From contig OZ199839.1 of the NCBI GenBank assembly GCA_964304625.1, forward strand, positions 2,947,223 through 3,011,222: 64,000 nucleotides of DNA, read 5' to 3'. Origin of the DNA: Kudoa neothunni (lineage: Eukaryota > Animalia > Cnidaria). The position numbers and the translations under genes are program-made. Below, piece after piece: positions 25,729-37,700 of this stretch; the first letter of the stretch is position 1, and each line of letters starts with the position of its first letter. The notes beneath the pieces were generated by a model. The model saw only the letters and a list, made by a program, of their open reading frames with translations. It made no database searches and was not told the origin of the DNA.

Positions 25729-26682
25729 TGGGAACGGTTATCATGCTATTTTGGAGCTCAGGTTGCCAGCCACTTAACACATATATTCATTCATGCGGTC
25801 CGTCTGTGTTGGTTTATTATAAAATTTTAATATTTGGGCTAAAGACTAGTTATAAACAGATTTTTTTGGAGATTTGTGTATTCGATTTAATAGTCAAAAT
25901 TGTTTAATTATTCATCTGTTAATTATGAGGAAAAATTTTGATGAGAATTTTTTAGTAATTATAATGAATATGCCACGGAACCGTATTGATTTTTTTCACA
26001 ATTATATCCATCAACAAAAAAGCATGCCGAGAACAAATATTCAGCTCATGAAACTAAATTCTAATTTTTGACCAAAGCTTGGAGTTCGGAGTTTGGTTCG
26101 GACGGTATCGTCGTCACGTGTAATCCAATCCAATCTATATATACTTGATATCGAGAATTCTTTTTTTTTCTTGTATGAACCAATTTGGTTATCTTATTAG
26201 ATAACTTGAAATGATTTGTATGATAAATAAAACAAAATAAATGTATAACGTTGTAAAGCGATGCGTCTCTTGTGCGCAATAAAATAATCTATTTTATTTC
26301 TTGCTCTTAGAGTAAAAGCATTGTATTGATTGAAAACTTGTGTTAAACAAGTCTTTTTAGTTTATTTATTATTTTCGCACTTTTTATAATAACAGAACAA
26401 ACATAATTCATCAATTTCTTAAATAAGTTCCTCACGAATATTAATGTTTTAAATTTATTTTATATTCTAACGACAAAAAACATACTTATTTGAATAAGAT
26501 ACAAATATTAAACTATTGTTTATTCTGGAAAATAAATGTTGAACGATTTCAACTGACACAAAGGAATTGGGATGTAACATAGTTATACCTATTATTAAAT
26601 TTCATGTATGATGTGAACATTTTTTACTTTCTTTCTATTTAAACAGAATTCTGCCTTTATATAGATATTTTAAAAATTATAA

Positions 26683-28758
26683 CCCCCTAATATACAATTC
26701 TGTTAGTTTATGCGTAAGTTTCCGAAAATTTAATTACTTGTGCAACTTTTTCAATTTAAATTATACACAATTATATAGAAGGAAAGTTCTTAAAATAAAT
26801 CGAAAGAAATTGATATGAATATCCGAATATTACGATTATTTGACAAGGTTTCGCAACCGTATTTAAGCGATTTATGGAATGAACAAAAAATTCTAATTCT
26901 AATTGTTTTATAACATTATCGTTTGCAAAAATTTTGTTATTAAATTTTCAATACTCATAATAATCCAAGTATGGGTTTACGGCAGAGGTCGGCGAGGGAT
27001 GTTAATGATAAAGTTAATTTTTAATGTCGATCTCTTCAGAATATAAATAAGCTTAATAGCAATGTGAACTATGTCAATTAAATATTATCCCCTTTTTCTA
27101 AATATAAAAGTGTTTAAATAAAATAAAGATTAAATTTTCACCCAGGAAGATTCCCCACCTATTTTTCTATTTTTACTGATTGTATGATATTAGTTTTATG
27201 ATCTGAATATTTGCTCTTGGTATTCTTTTTGTTGATAGATATAATCGTGAAAAAGCATGTGCAAATAGAAGATTTTCCGGAGTCACAGGTTTTATAATTG
27301 GAAGTGTCTATTGGTCCGAACAAATTGTTTTTACTTATTTAGTGGATTATTTTTAAATTTTAATGAGTCAACAAATTATTAGAATGGATTATATATTAAT
27401 GTGAAAAATATTAAAGAATTTTGTCTTTAGGAATCTGTGATATAAGGCGTTACTTAGGAAAGACCTATCCTCATCATTATTGTAATTTATCGCTGTAAAT
27501 GCTCTATTTTCTTCATAAACTTGTTTAACATTTGAATGAAATGTTTTTATGATTTTTCACCAATAGGAAATTTATTCGTTCCACGTATTGTGCAATAATA
27601 ATTTTCTGATATGATATATCCGTGGTATATTCATAGTTTTAAATGCATTCACTGTTGTAATCATGTTATTTGGTATTTTCAATATTTTTGAGTTGATTTC
27701 ATCCATATAAATGATTGTCGTAAACCCAAAACTTCAAATGGCGTCAAATGTCCGACATTGATATTTTTTATAATATCGGTATATAATCACTCAATTTAAA
27801 TATACGTTGTGAATGTGATTTTTTTATTTGAAAATAAATCCAATTTATTGATTTATACCTAATTTAATGTCACCTAATTAGGACACTTCACATACTCCCT
27901 TATTTAGATTTCGCATACAAACTGAATTTTGACGATACTAGTTGAAATTTAATGTTCTCAATAAAAACACTTAATTGTTACTATCCACTATAACAATTTT
28001 ATTCATTTTCGTTATTAACTTCAAATTATTATTTTAAATTTAATGAAATATTGTTAAAATAAATTTTTTTATGTTTCTAAAATTTCGTTAATGTTCATTG
28101 ATCAAAATCTTAATGGGTTAATATTGTTACGTTTCTTTGGAGTATGCTTGTATTTATTTATAGGTGTATTTATGCGTTTGCTAGTTTTAACATTTAATTC
28201 AAATTTTGAAAAAGCTGCCAATTAATTTATCTTATTTTAAACAGCGCATTGTGAAAATGGGCAGAAAACATAAAACTTGTCAAACTGTTGAAAAGTTATA
28301 TCATATTTTTTTAATGCTCCCTACAACGCAGAACTAAATAAACTGACAAAGAGTCACCATATTTTGAACAACTAATACAAGTATAATCAGAGTACGAGGA
28401 GCTATCGTTGTATTCAGGAGAGGATGGCACGCTTATATCGATATCGCACTTACGATGTAGTGTTTCGTTATTTATTCGATAGAATTTTAATGAATTTTCC
28501 AAAATAACATGTATCAACATTTAAATAATGTTATGAAAGAAAAATGTGGGGTAGATTTCTACCCCAGTTTTATTTGGAAGGTATCTTCACAATAACTTTC
28601 TTGATGCCTGGCAAAAAAAATTTCAATTCATTTTTCTGAAAGCTTCCATAAAGATAAACGATCGTAAAAGCTGGAGCGGAGTTTTGCTTCATTAATACGC
28701 TATAATATTGTTGACAAAATTCACTTGGGGTAGAAATCTACCCATTTTACTTAGAAGG
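26683..28758 (-). mobile_element. Decayed piggyBac-family element
   Basis: Ends ATAA|CCCCCTAA and CTTAGAAGG|TTAA; subterminal palindromes GGGGTAGATTTCTACCCC (28548) and GGGGTAGAAATCTACCC (28727); Ser/Asp-rich N-terminal remnant (ORF 28311-28520). Confidence 0.7.
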
Positions 28759-28943
28759 TTAATAGTGAAATTCATTTCATTTTATTCAGAGAATACGATA
28801 ATGATTTGAGCTGTTAAATTACTATTAAATGAAAATAATTTTATTTTAAGAATGAAAAAATTTTATCGATAAAATAAAAGAATTTAACGATTCCATTCGG
28901 GGTTAGTCGGTTTATTTCATACAGAACGAAACAATTTCCTACA

Positions 28944-30274
28944 ATGGCTTCTGTCGAAAGTATAGTAAAAGAGGTATCAGATTTAGTTGCGCAAAATAAG
29001 GTTTATGAATCTTATCAACTTTTTGAGAGTAAGCAGTTTCGTTTTTTACGTCGAAACAGCTTTGATGACACCATGGTTTTGTTTGTTGATATATTTCCCA
29101 TATATAATACAGAGATTTCTGATGTAACACAATGGGATCTAATTGGATCATCTTAAATCGGGTTGTTTTTAGAAAAAATACCAATTGGAAATTATTAAAT
29201 TATTGTGGTCGTACACTAATTTTAAAACCGACATCGAATCACTAAGCAAGATCATAAAAACAGAAACCATATTGATCTCGAAAGCCACCGTTTATGCGCC
29301 AAAAGATGAATGGGATCAAACATTTCATCAAATAATAGCGTAAGGAGGTTCTATTAATGTATAATTTGTGATGAATAAAATTTTAGGAAAGCGCATACCA
29401 CCTCAAACTCATTGTGTATACTTTTTAGGAATTGTGTTTTTCAATATTATCAACGCTGTAAAATGGTGTTTTTTTCTTGAGAATATTCCCAAATTTTAGT
29501 TGGTGAAAGTGGAAAAGCTCTTAAACATTGCATTTTCGGTCAAAATGAGGAACAAATAGGACTATTTCTATCCAATTATGCTATCAATAATCTACCTCAA
29601 AACGAATGGGACATACTCATAGCTGATTATGTGTTGCAGTAACATGCATGTATGGTTGGTTTAATTTTAACCCGCTAAATATGTTAGAATTCTAACATCA
29701 AGAACACCTCAAATTGCTAAAAGTGTATTTGATACATTTATAGCTCATGTGAAGCAGCCCCTTAATTTGAGTGATAATCTTCCATATGGGCCGATCCTTT
29801 TGAACTATGCAAAATTGATTACTGATGCTGCAGTCGAGTAGTTTAATTTAACATCTCAACTTCGACTAACTAACTAACTAACTATATTCCAATAGGAACA
29901 ATCCCAACATTATTGCCACCATTCAAAAGACCTATCTTCCTATTCTAAAACAAAAGGACAAAGGTCTTGTTTCGGTATTTTTACATTCGTTTTGTTGTTC
30001 TTAATTAATTAATTAATCAATCAATCAATCAATTACATTATTTTTAAGCATTTTGATCTAATGTACACTCAATGTTATCCAGAATCGGTCTCTCGAAACA
30101 ATATGCCCCAATCAACAAACAACTTATTCAATGTTATCGCGGGTAACTATCAATCCTCGTTTAATCTAATTATGTGATATGTTTTTAAATTAAGGGGAAA
30201 TATTCGGCCAGAACTCTACCAACACGACCAACTCAAACAATCCCAGCAGAAATCATGACTTTGGTCTCGATTAG
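28944..30274 (+). CDS. GET4: Golgi-to-ER traffic protein 4 homolog, multi-exon
   Basis: KVYESYQLFESKQFRF (~GDYYEAHQ..RT..FRY), FHQIIA, EWDILIADYVLQ.L, PILLNY, C-terminal ..GLD*. A 49-nt intron after ISD removes the apparent stop at 29156. Confidence 0.8.
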
Positions 30275-30397
30275 CCGCTAGAATTATATTTATCGTTTGA
30301 GTCGTGAATAGAAATATATTTTTGTGCGCATTTTCATCAGAAAAAAATCAAATTATTTAAGCAATGAAATAAACGCAAATTCTATAATATGTTGATA

Positions 30398-31142
30398 TCA
30401 CGGAACAATAATTAACGGCACCGTAGCATTATGAAGCAAGGTGGTGCTAACGCTGCCTAGGATAGCTCTTTTGAGCACATTATTTCTTCTGGTCCCCACA
30501 ACGATAGTGGTGGCTCCCACTTCTTTGGCGATCCTCAGCACAGCCAAACCAGTTTCGCTGTTACCAATGAGTTCATGATGCATGGTGAATTTGACCTAAC
30601 AACACAAATGTTATTCGGCCTTATCGAAATTAGCCAACCAAGAAATCAGTTACCCCACTTTTCTGGCATATTTCAGAATATTCCTTTAGTTTGGCTTGAG
30701 TTTTTAGTAGTTTTTTTTTTGTTGGTTCGTCATAGATTTCAAGTGAAAACGCGTTCGCTATACAACCCCCAATGATAATCGAAACAAATTCAAAATCACA
30801 AAAGCCATACGATAGACGCTCACATTTTGCGCACTAGGAATCTTTTGAATATGGATCAACGCCAAATGAAAACCTTCCAAGTTATCTTTTGGCAGGATCC
30901 TCTCAAGAGTAACTATTCGAATCGAAATCAAATTGTACTTTATTGTGATAATGATATAGTGGTATAATGATGGTGGGGAGAAAAATGACAAAAGTCATGC
31001 TCAATTAACAACTTTAATCTCATAGCAAAAAACTGCACTTTAAAAATTTTTTAACAGACTTACACATAAGTGCTTTTCTGCTTTCAGGCGTTTTGCTTAT
31101 AGCAACTGCAAAAACCCTGGGTTTACTAGAGCTGCTTTCCAT
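30398..31142 (-). CDS. Universal stress protein A (USP) domain protein, 4 exons
   Basis: MESSSSKPRVFAVAISKTPESRKAL..LALIHIQ..GATTIVVGTRRNNVLKRAILGSVSTTLLHNATVPLIIVP*; the G-x-R..LGSVS..H...P..IVP pattern is the UspA signature. Confidence 0.9.
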
Positions 31143-31342
31143 CCCAAATCCCAGTTCACACTTTTAACTAAACGACTTAGGGGAGTATTAACGATAAATT
31201 AATGATTGTTCGAAAAATCTCTATTTGTTCGCAACTTGTCGTCTACCGCGTTATTGGGGATTATTTTTATCAAAAGGTAAATGAAAGTCATTTCGACCGT
31301 TAACGATATCGATTAGAATTCATATTTATTTTAGGTATAATC

Positions 31343-31360
31343 CAGTTGCGCATGCGTATA
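31343..31360. promoter_or_regulatory. NRF1/EWG-like motif in the USP/bZIP bidirectional promoter
   Basis: CAGTTGCGCATGCGTATA within the 242-nt head-to-head interval. Confidence 0.55.
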
Positions 31361-31384
31361 GCATATTCAACCAAATCCTTATTC

Positions 31385-31967
31385 ATGCACAATAATGTAC
31401 GGGGCGGCGTCGATCCAAACATTGACACCGATAAAAGTAAAATTATTGCGTATTAAATTTTAACGAAACAATTCAACCACACACACACACATCTATCTAG
31501 ATAACAACGAATTGGGGGACGACTCTGTAGAATCTGTAGAATTAGGTTCTTTCTTCGGTTGGGCGATTTTTTATCATTAAAATCCCCCTTTTAGCTATAG
31601 TCGATGAGCCTTATGATGACAATGTTATTGAAGACTCGCAAACCAATAACACCAAAACAGATGGTGTTGGAAAGAAAAGAGCTGGTAGACCTCCTAAAAA
31701 AATTACACACTCCGACTACAAATTCGTCCCAATCTTTCCCAAATTCAAAAACTAGAAAGAAACAGGTAGAGTTGTTATTTGTTTCTGATGCCATCTCAAA
31801 TCGAATAGAACATCCGCCCAAAGCAACAAGGGAAAAGAGAAAATGGCTATGTGCAAGCGTTGGAAACTCGGGCTGCAATTCTTGAACAACAAAATAAAAC
31901 TCTCGTTGAACAATTGAAACTTTTGAAACAAAATTATCTGCTACTTAAGGCTGAATTAAAAAAATAA
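31385..31967 (+). CDS. Minimal CREB/ATF1-like bZIP transcription factor, reading frame broken in the basic region
   Basis: Spliced KKRAERNR|TSA... then YVQALETRAAILEQQNKTLVEQLKLLKQNY matches the CREB zipper YVKCLENRVAVLENQNKTLIEELKALKDLY. Two extra bases at 31817-31846 shift the frame. Confidence 0.75.
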
Positions 31968-33899
31968 TTGTTATTTTATGTGAATAAATATTTGAATTGT
32001 TACCCGCGTTGATTCTATTAGTATAAATAACGTTGCATTAGTAACCAATTTACACATTCTCTTATTAAACAACGTTAAATTGGTCGACAATGGTCACATT
32101 TGGTTTCGCTGTTTTAATGCGCATGCTTCGATTAATCAAGCACATTGATTATTGATTGATAGTGTGATTTTTTCTCGAGAGTTAATCCCTTGTTTGTAGT
32201 TATGAAGATTGTTCATTTTTTAGCGCTTTTAAGCTAAGGCGGTTAATCAGAAATAATTAAATCTTTAGCAATTAAAATGGGCTGTGGGATTAAAGATGGA
32301 ACTTAAGCATCAGTATACAGAACAACAACATTGAATGTATATTATGACTAATGGCAATAGTATTCAAAAATGGTTAAAGTCCAATATTTGTGTTTGCGCT
32401 CGGGACAAAATAAAGGAAATCGGCAAAAATCGGAGTTTAACTTTAAAACAGCCGTAACGTCATTATTAGGCTAAATGATGTTGCTAACTTATTTTCAAAA
32501 TATTTATTTTTGACCAAAAATCAAACTGATAGTCTGATAATCCTTCTGAGGGTTGGTTTATAGCATTCCGGATTTCATTATCATAAATAGTAGTTAATAT
32601 ATAAATTTAAATATTTTCACTTGATAGAATCAAATTAAATTCTTTTTTTTAAGGTACAGATAATAAATTGAAATAAATCTTCACGAAGAAAGTTTTTTAT
32701 AAATTCAAAAGCGGTTGCAATTCTGATTTTAGTAGGTTTTTTACATATTATACACTTATCTTGGTATCACACACCTTGATAATATTGCCAAACTTCCACC
32801 ACAAGAACATTTCGAAGACATATTTAACAACCGTGGTTATTGAAAAATTTTTTCAACACCACGTTGGAACGTTTTCAAACGAGCTATATCCGAAGAATAT
32901 AATATTAGCAATGTTTATCAAAAATGAATGAAGTACGTTTAAAATTCCGGCGCACGCGCATATATAGATATTGACTTTATGCCACCATTTTTCGTAAGGA
33001 CAACGAAAAATTTTATACAAAAGCATGGATTATAAAAATCTATATTATTCCTTTCATATGCAGATACATAAGTAGTAGATCTTATCAAATTAGATCGACG
33101 TGTGGACAGGTGAATGTTGTTGTAATGTATGCAATTTGGGCGCGTCATTAATCAACCTGTTTTTGGTTATAAACTGAAAAAGAAGTTCGAAAATTGTGTA
33201 TTAGCATAAAAAATGATCATCTTTGATTTTTTCAATATCCATGCTGCAGATTAACTCCTGTAACGAAGATTAGGAAGCATCTTTAAAATCAATTGAAAAT
33301 TGTTTATCTTATTAATTTCAACTTGTATGAGTCATAAATCTAATGAAATGCGTAATTTTAAGTCAACCACAGAAATTACCTGCGTCAAAAAGGGTAAAAA
33401 CAAGTGACGAACGATCCCGAACAATGGAGTGGAATTATTGGAAATTTAAACATTCATATTTGTTATGATTTCTTAACGCTCTATATTCTTTTTTGATGAA
33501 TAATATAATATACCATTACCCTAAGTTCTTTTTAATCAGATCTCCAACATCACCATAGATGAGACTTTCTACCAATTTTATTATAAAAATATGTAAACTA
33601 AAAATATACTGAGATTTTACCAAAAATCTCAGTATACCAGATTAAAAAAAAACCGAAAAAATAAAATACCTGTTTAAAAATTACGAACGTAACTTTACTG
33701 CACGTATATAAAACACAGAAAAAAAGCTAGTTACAAATATTAGTCCTTTGTGAGGCATAAGAAAATAGAATAGTGTATGTCTATTATAAAACAATTTTTT
33801 TTGCTATAGAAATATATAATTAAATTAACATAAAATTCATAATTAGCCTAGTAAAAATTATTCTTTTTATTGACAACATTTATTGGCCAAAAACGAATT

Positions 33900-34592
33900 T
33901 TAGAGAAAAGAAAAACATAAAATACAAATAAATGAAAAAAAAAACCATTTAAGATTAATAATAAAATTAATGTTTCTTTTTCTTGGCTTGAGTTCAATAG
34001 TTCGAGGATTCCCTTAACGTAAAATTTTTTCAACAACTGAACAGCTTTCTCACCACACACATCGCCGGAAATATTTTCAATAAAAGTAGGATATGAAGGA
34101 TGGGCGGTATCAGCCGATACAGTGAATGGTGAAATTCTTGCAACGTCTATTATCGACCCACACCCTCCAAACCTCGGGTGTTGGGTGCTCCGTAAATAAT
34201 GTTTTTGATTCCCGCTGCTCTCAACGCTGTGCAACACATAATACAAGGTTCGGATGTGACATATAATTTCGAATTCTCAAGAAGTGATCTTACATTATCC
34301 CCGAATTTCACCTATTTCGCACACAAATCAAACACACACCCACACTTCAAATATCACCAACAAGAAGCTCCTGAAGGGCAACAATTTCCGCATGCTTATT
34401 CGGATTTTTAGTTCTATTCACATCGTTATGAGATGCTACCAATTGTTGATTATTTTCGTCAACAATAACACAACCGACGGGCACTTCATTATTTCCAAGC
34501 CTTCTTTAGCCTATTTATAATTAGGTTTTTGTGCCGAGAAAATTTTCCGACCTTTTCCAACGCAATTCCATCCAATAATTTGAATCGCCCAT
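33900..34592 (-). CDS. ADAT2: tRNA-specific adenosine-34 deaminase catalytic subunit ADAT2/Tad2, with apparent frameshifts; 3' end approximate
   Basis: [29 protein letters not shown] (HAE), [11 protein letters not shown] (PCxxC), [16 protein letters not shown]; motifs are intact but spread over frames. Confidence 0.85.
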
Positions 34593-34786
34593 CCGATTCA
34601 GTTGGTAAATTGATTATGGCGCCAATCCCAGCTATGTTTTAGTGTAGAACGAAAGCATGCGACATATCACGACCATACTAACATGCGGCTGAGTTTGAAA
34701 TTATTTCAACAATTCACCATCGTAACTTAATTGTGATGATTATTTATTTGATCACACATTTTAGTTTACCAAAAATAAATTACCTC

Positions 34787-37700
34787 ATGTCAAAGTTGGA
34801 TCATTTTCCTTACCAATTTGACTCAACAAAAACAAATATCACTCATTAGCACTGGCTATGTTTGGTGTCTGTGGGGTTCTAAAAATGTTTTAACTCATCA
34901 TCCTATTATTTCTATTGAGAAGAGTAGTCTTGCGTTTTATAAACACTTGATATAACAGTAGAAACGGTTAGAAATCAATAATCAAAGCTCACCATCATCA
35001 ATAGCAACAACCAAATCCAACGTAACTGACGAAGAATCTAACAACACTGCTTCCACAGACGATTCCCACCTTAAGATGAATGATATTGTTGAGGTGGACA
35101 TAAGGCCTGCTCTTAAATTATTACCGAATATTAATGCGACCACGGTTATCCAAGACATTGAATCTAAAAATCAAAAATTTTACGGTAATTATGATTCCAA
35201 TTATTATGTATTGATAGTTGTTTAATTTAGCAAGAATTAACACCGATCCATTCAATCAAGGAATGTGTACTGCTATAATGGTTGAATAATTCCTCAATGT
35301 TGTCGTTTCTTTTGATAAAAATGAAAGAACAATATTTTTATAAAAAAAGTTGAAATTTTGTAGTATGAAATCAGGCAACGCATCATAGATTCAATTATTT
35401 TTATTTCGTGCGATCTCTCTCAGCAAATATACTGAATGTTTGAATTAAGTTCGATTATAAGATTTATTTAAATATTTTTATAAGTCTTTTGAATGAAAAA
35501 TACATTTATATATTATTAGGATAACATAGTTCTGATTTAAAATTCCTTTTAAATGCACAATGCATCAGGCATTAGATTATTTTCATTATACATTCAAAGT
35601 GAATGTTTTGGGCATATTGAATACTTTTCACAGCGCGTAAAATTTATTCCAAGAATGTATTATGATATAATGAAAACACGAGTTTCCAGCCTTAATTTGT
35701 ATTAGAATGTGTTATTTCCACCTTCATTTTTATATTTATTGTTTTGATTTTTTTTCGACATTACAAAAATATAAGGGTGTAACATAAATAAAAATGACCT
35801 AAAAACGCCAAATAACTTATTACCTTGTCTAATATACAGAATAACAACTTTTGTAGGTCATATTAACCCTCGGAAGATGGAACTCGAAAAACTTTCGCGT
35901 GTACCGAAGGGGGGACCTAAGGTACCCCAGAGGTTTTTCAACTTAATTCGTTTGCTGGGATACAAAATTTGTTTTATGTGGTTATTCCTTAATTTAAAAC
36001 AAAAGTAATCCCATAAAACGTAGAGATACTTAGCCAGATAGGAAAAAATACAAACAATTGGTAGCCACCATCATTTTTAAGAAAAAAACGAAAATAAACA
36101 AGCAATTCCTCAAAAATATAGGTCATGTTTGTATAAAGCTAATAACTAATTATTGGAAAAATCAAGGTTGATTTTCATGTGAATTTGCCATCTGAAAGGA
36201 ACAATCGACAAGACCGCCACAGCAAAGATATCTGAAAGTTTTCGTTAATCTCATTTTACGATTGTGGCACTAAAAAGTAGGGATATTTCCTACCCTTTCT
36301 GTTATAATTTTTATTCCAGGTTAAAAATCATGGCTGATGTAGAGATAAAAACCCGGTTGGAATAAAATTTAATTTTTAATTAAAATTAAATAAATAAATA
36401 ATAAACAAACATAAGAGATTCAAAAGCCTTTAAACACTAAATATTATTGGTTCGGTTTTGAACAAGTAGTCTATTTTTTTATTTCCTTAACGAAAAAGTT
36501 GTTGTTGGTTTAGTTTAAACTTTGTTTGATATTAAAAGATTACATGGAAAATTCTAGAGAAAATAAAAAAATAAAGATAGATATTTCGGAAAATAAAATA
36601 ATCGGGGTTCCTAAAATATTCGTAACGAAGTAATGTCTTTAATCTTCTAATGCAGCGGTTCTTAATCTGCGGTTCGAGGACGAATCAAAGGAGGTCCGTG
36701 AGTGATTTCATTAAGATCTGAATTCAATTTTATCACCATACATTCATTATAAGTATGTTTTTTTATAAATATTTTATATTTGTTACAAAATTCTCATGCT
36801 TAATAACTTATTTTTTAAAAAATCTATAAAAATAGTAGTTATTTAGTAGTTTTTTTGATAAAAAACAAAAATATCCAAGGAATATTTCTCATTGTTGCAG
36901 ACTACTATTGCGAAATTAGATTTCCTTGCTGTTTATCATAAAAATAAAGTCACGAAATCGCTTATATGCGTGTTGTTCGTTCAAATATTTTTTAATGTCT
37001 GTTTTTATAAAAAAAGTAGGATTTCGCATTAATCTCGCATTCTATAATATAATACTTCCTCCTTTGTTAACTCTTTATTTTAATAAACAAAACAATTAAC
37101 GAAAATAGAGATTTTATATGGCAAAAATTAATTATTATTATTATAAGAGCATTTTTCAATCATAATTTTGTATTGATTTTACTTTTACGCATGCATATAT
37201 AATAATTCTACAAATTTCATTAAATTTTTTTATTTTATAATATTATGCGTCATTGTCTATATTTGGTTAGAGTTTTAATCATTTGTTAAAAAATTACAGG
37301 AAAGGATTTCATAGTTGTTATTTTTTTTGTTTTAATACTAAAAATAATTCATGTCAATGATTAAAAATTTATAGTATATATTTTAAAAAAGAACCACTAC
37401 GTAATTAATTCGCGTAATAATCATTTTAATAAAACTACGGATATTGAATATAAAATTTAAGTTAACTCTTTCTTTCCCCAATTTTTCTTTTGCATCGATA
37501 ATTTTTTAAATTGAAATTATACACAATTTGAATTTTATTTTTTTAAATATATAAGTATAAGTCTCTTTTAATCTGCTCAATTAAGTGAACAATGGGAATG
37601 AAAGGATCAAAATATTTATATGCATGATTGGATTATGCATTAAAACGAAATGTGATGCGTGATAAGTCTATCGAACGCATTAGGGGTCCGCAAGGCAGGA

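Noticed and set aside
29124-29172. Apparent premature stop/frameshift in GET4
   Set aside because: A 49-nt GT-AG intron with CTAAT removes it in frame.
34299-34302. Apparent extra-G frameshift in ADAT2
   Set aside because: Using the upstream GTTGGT donor (phase 0) gives [12 protein letters not shown] in frame.
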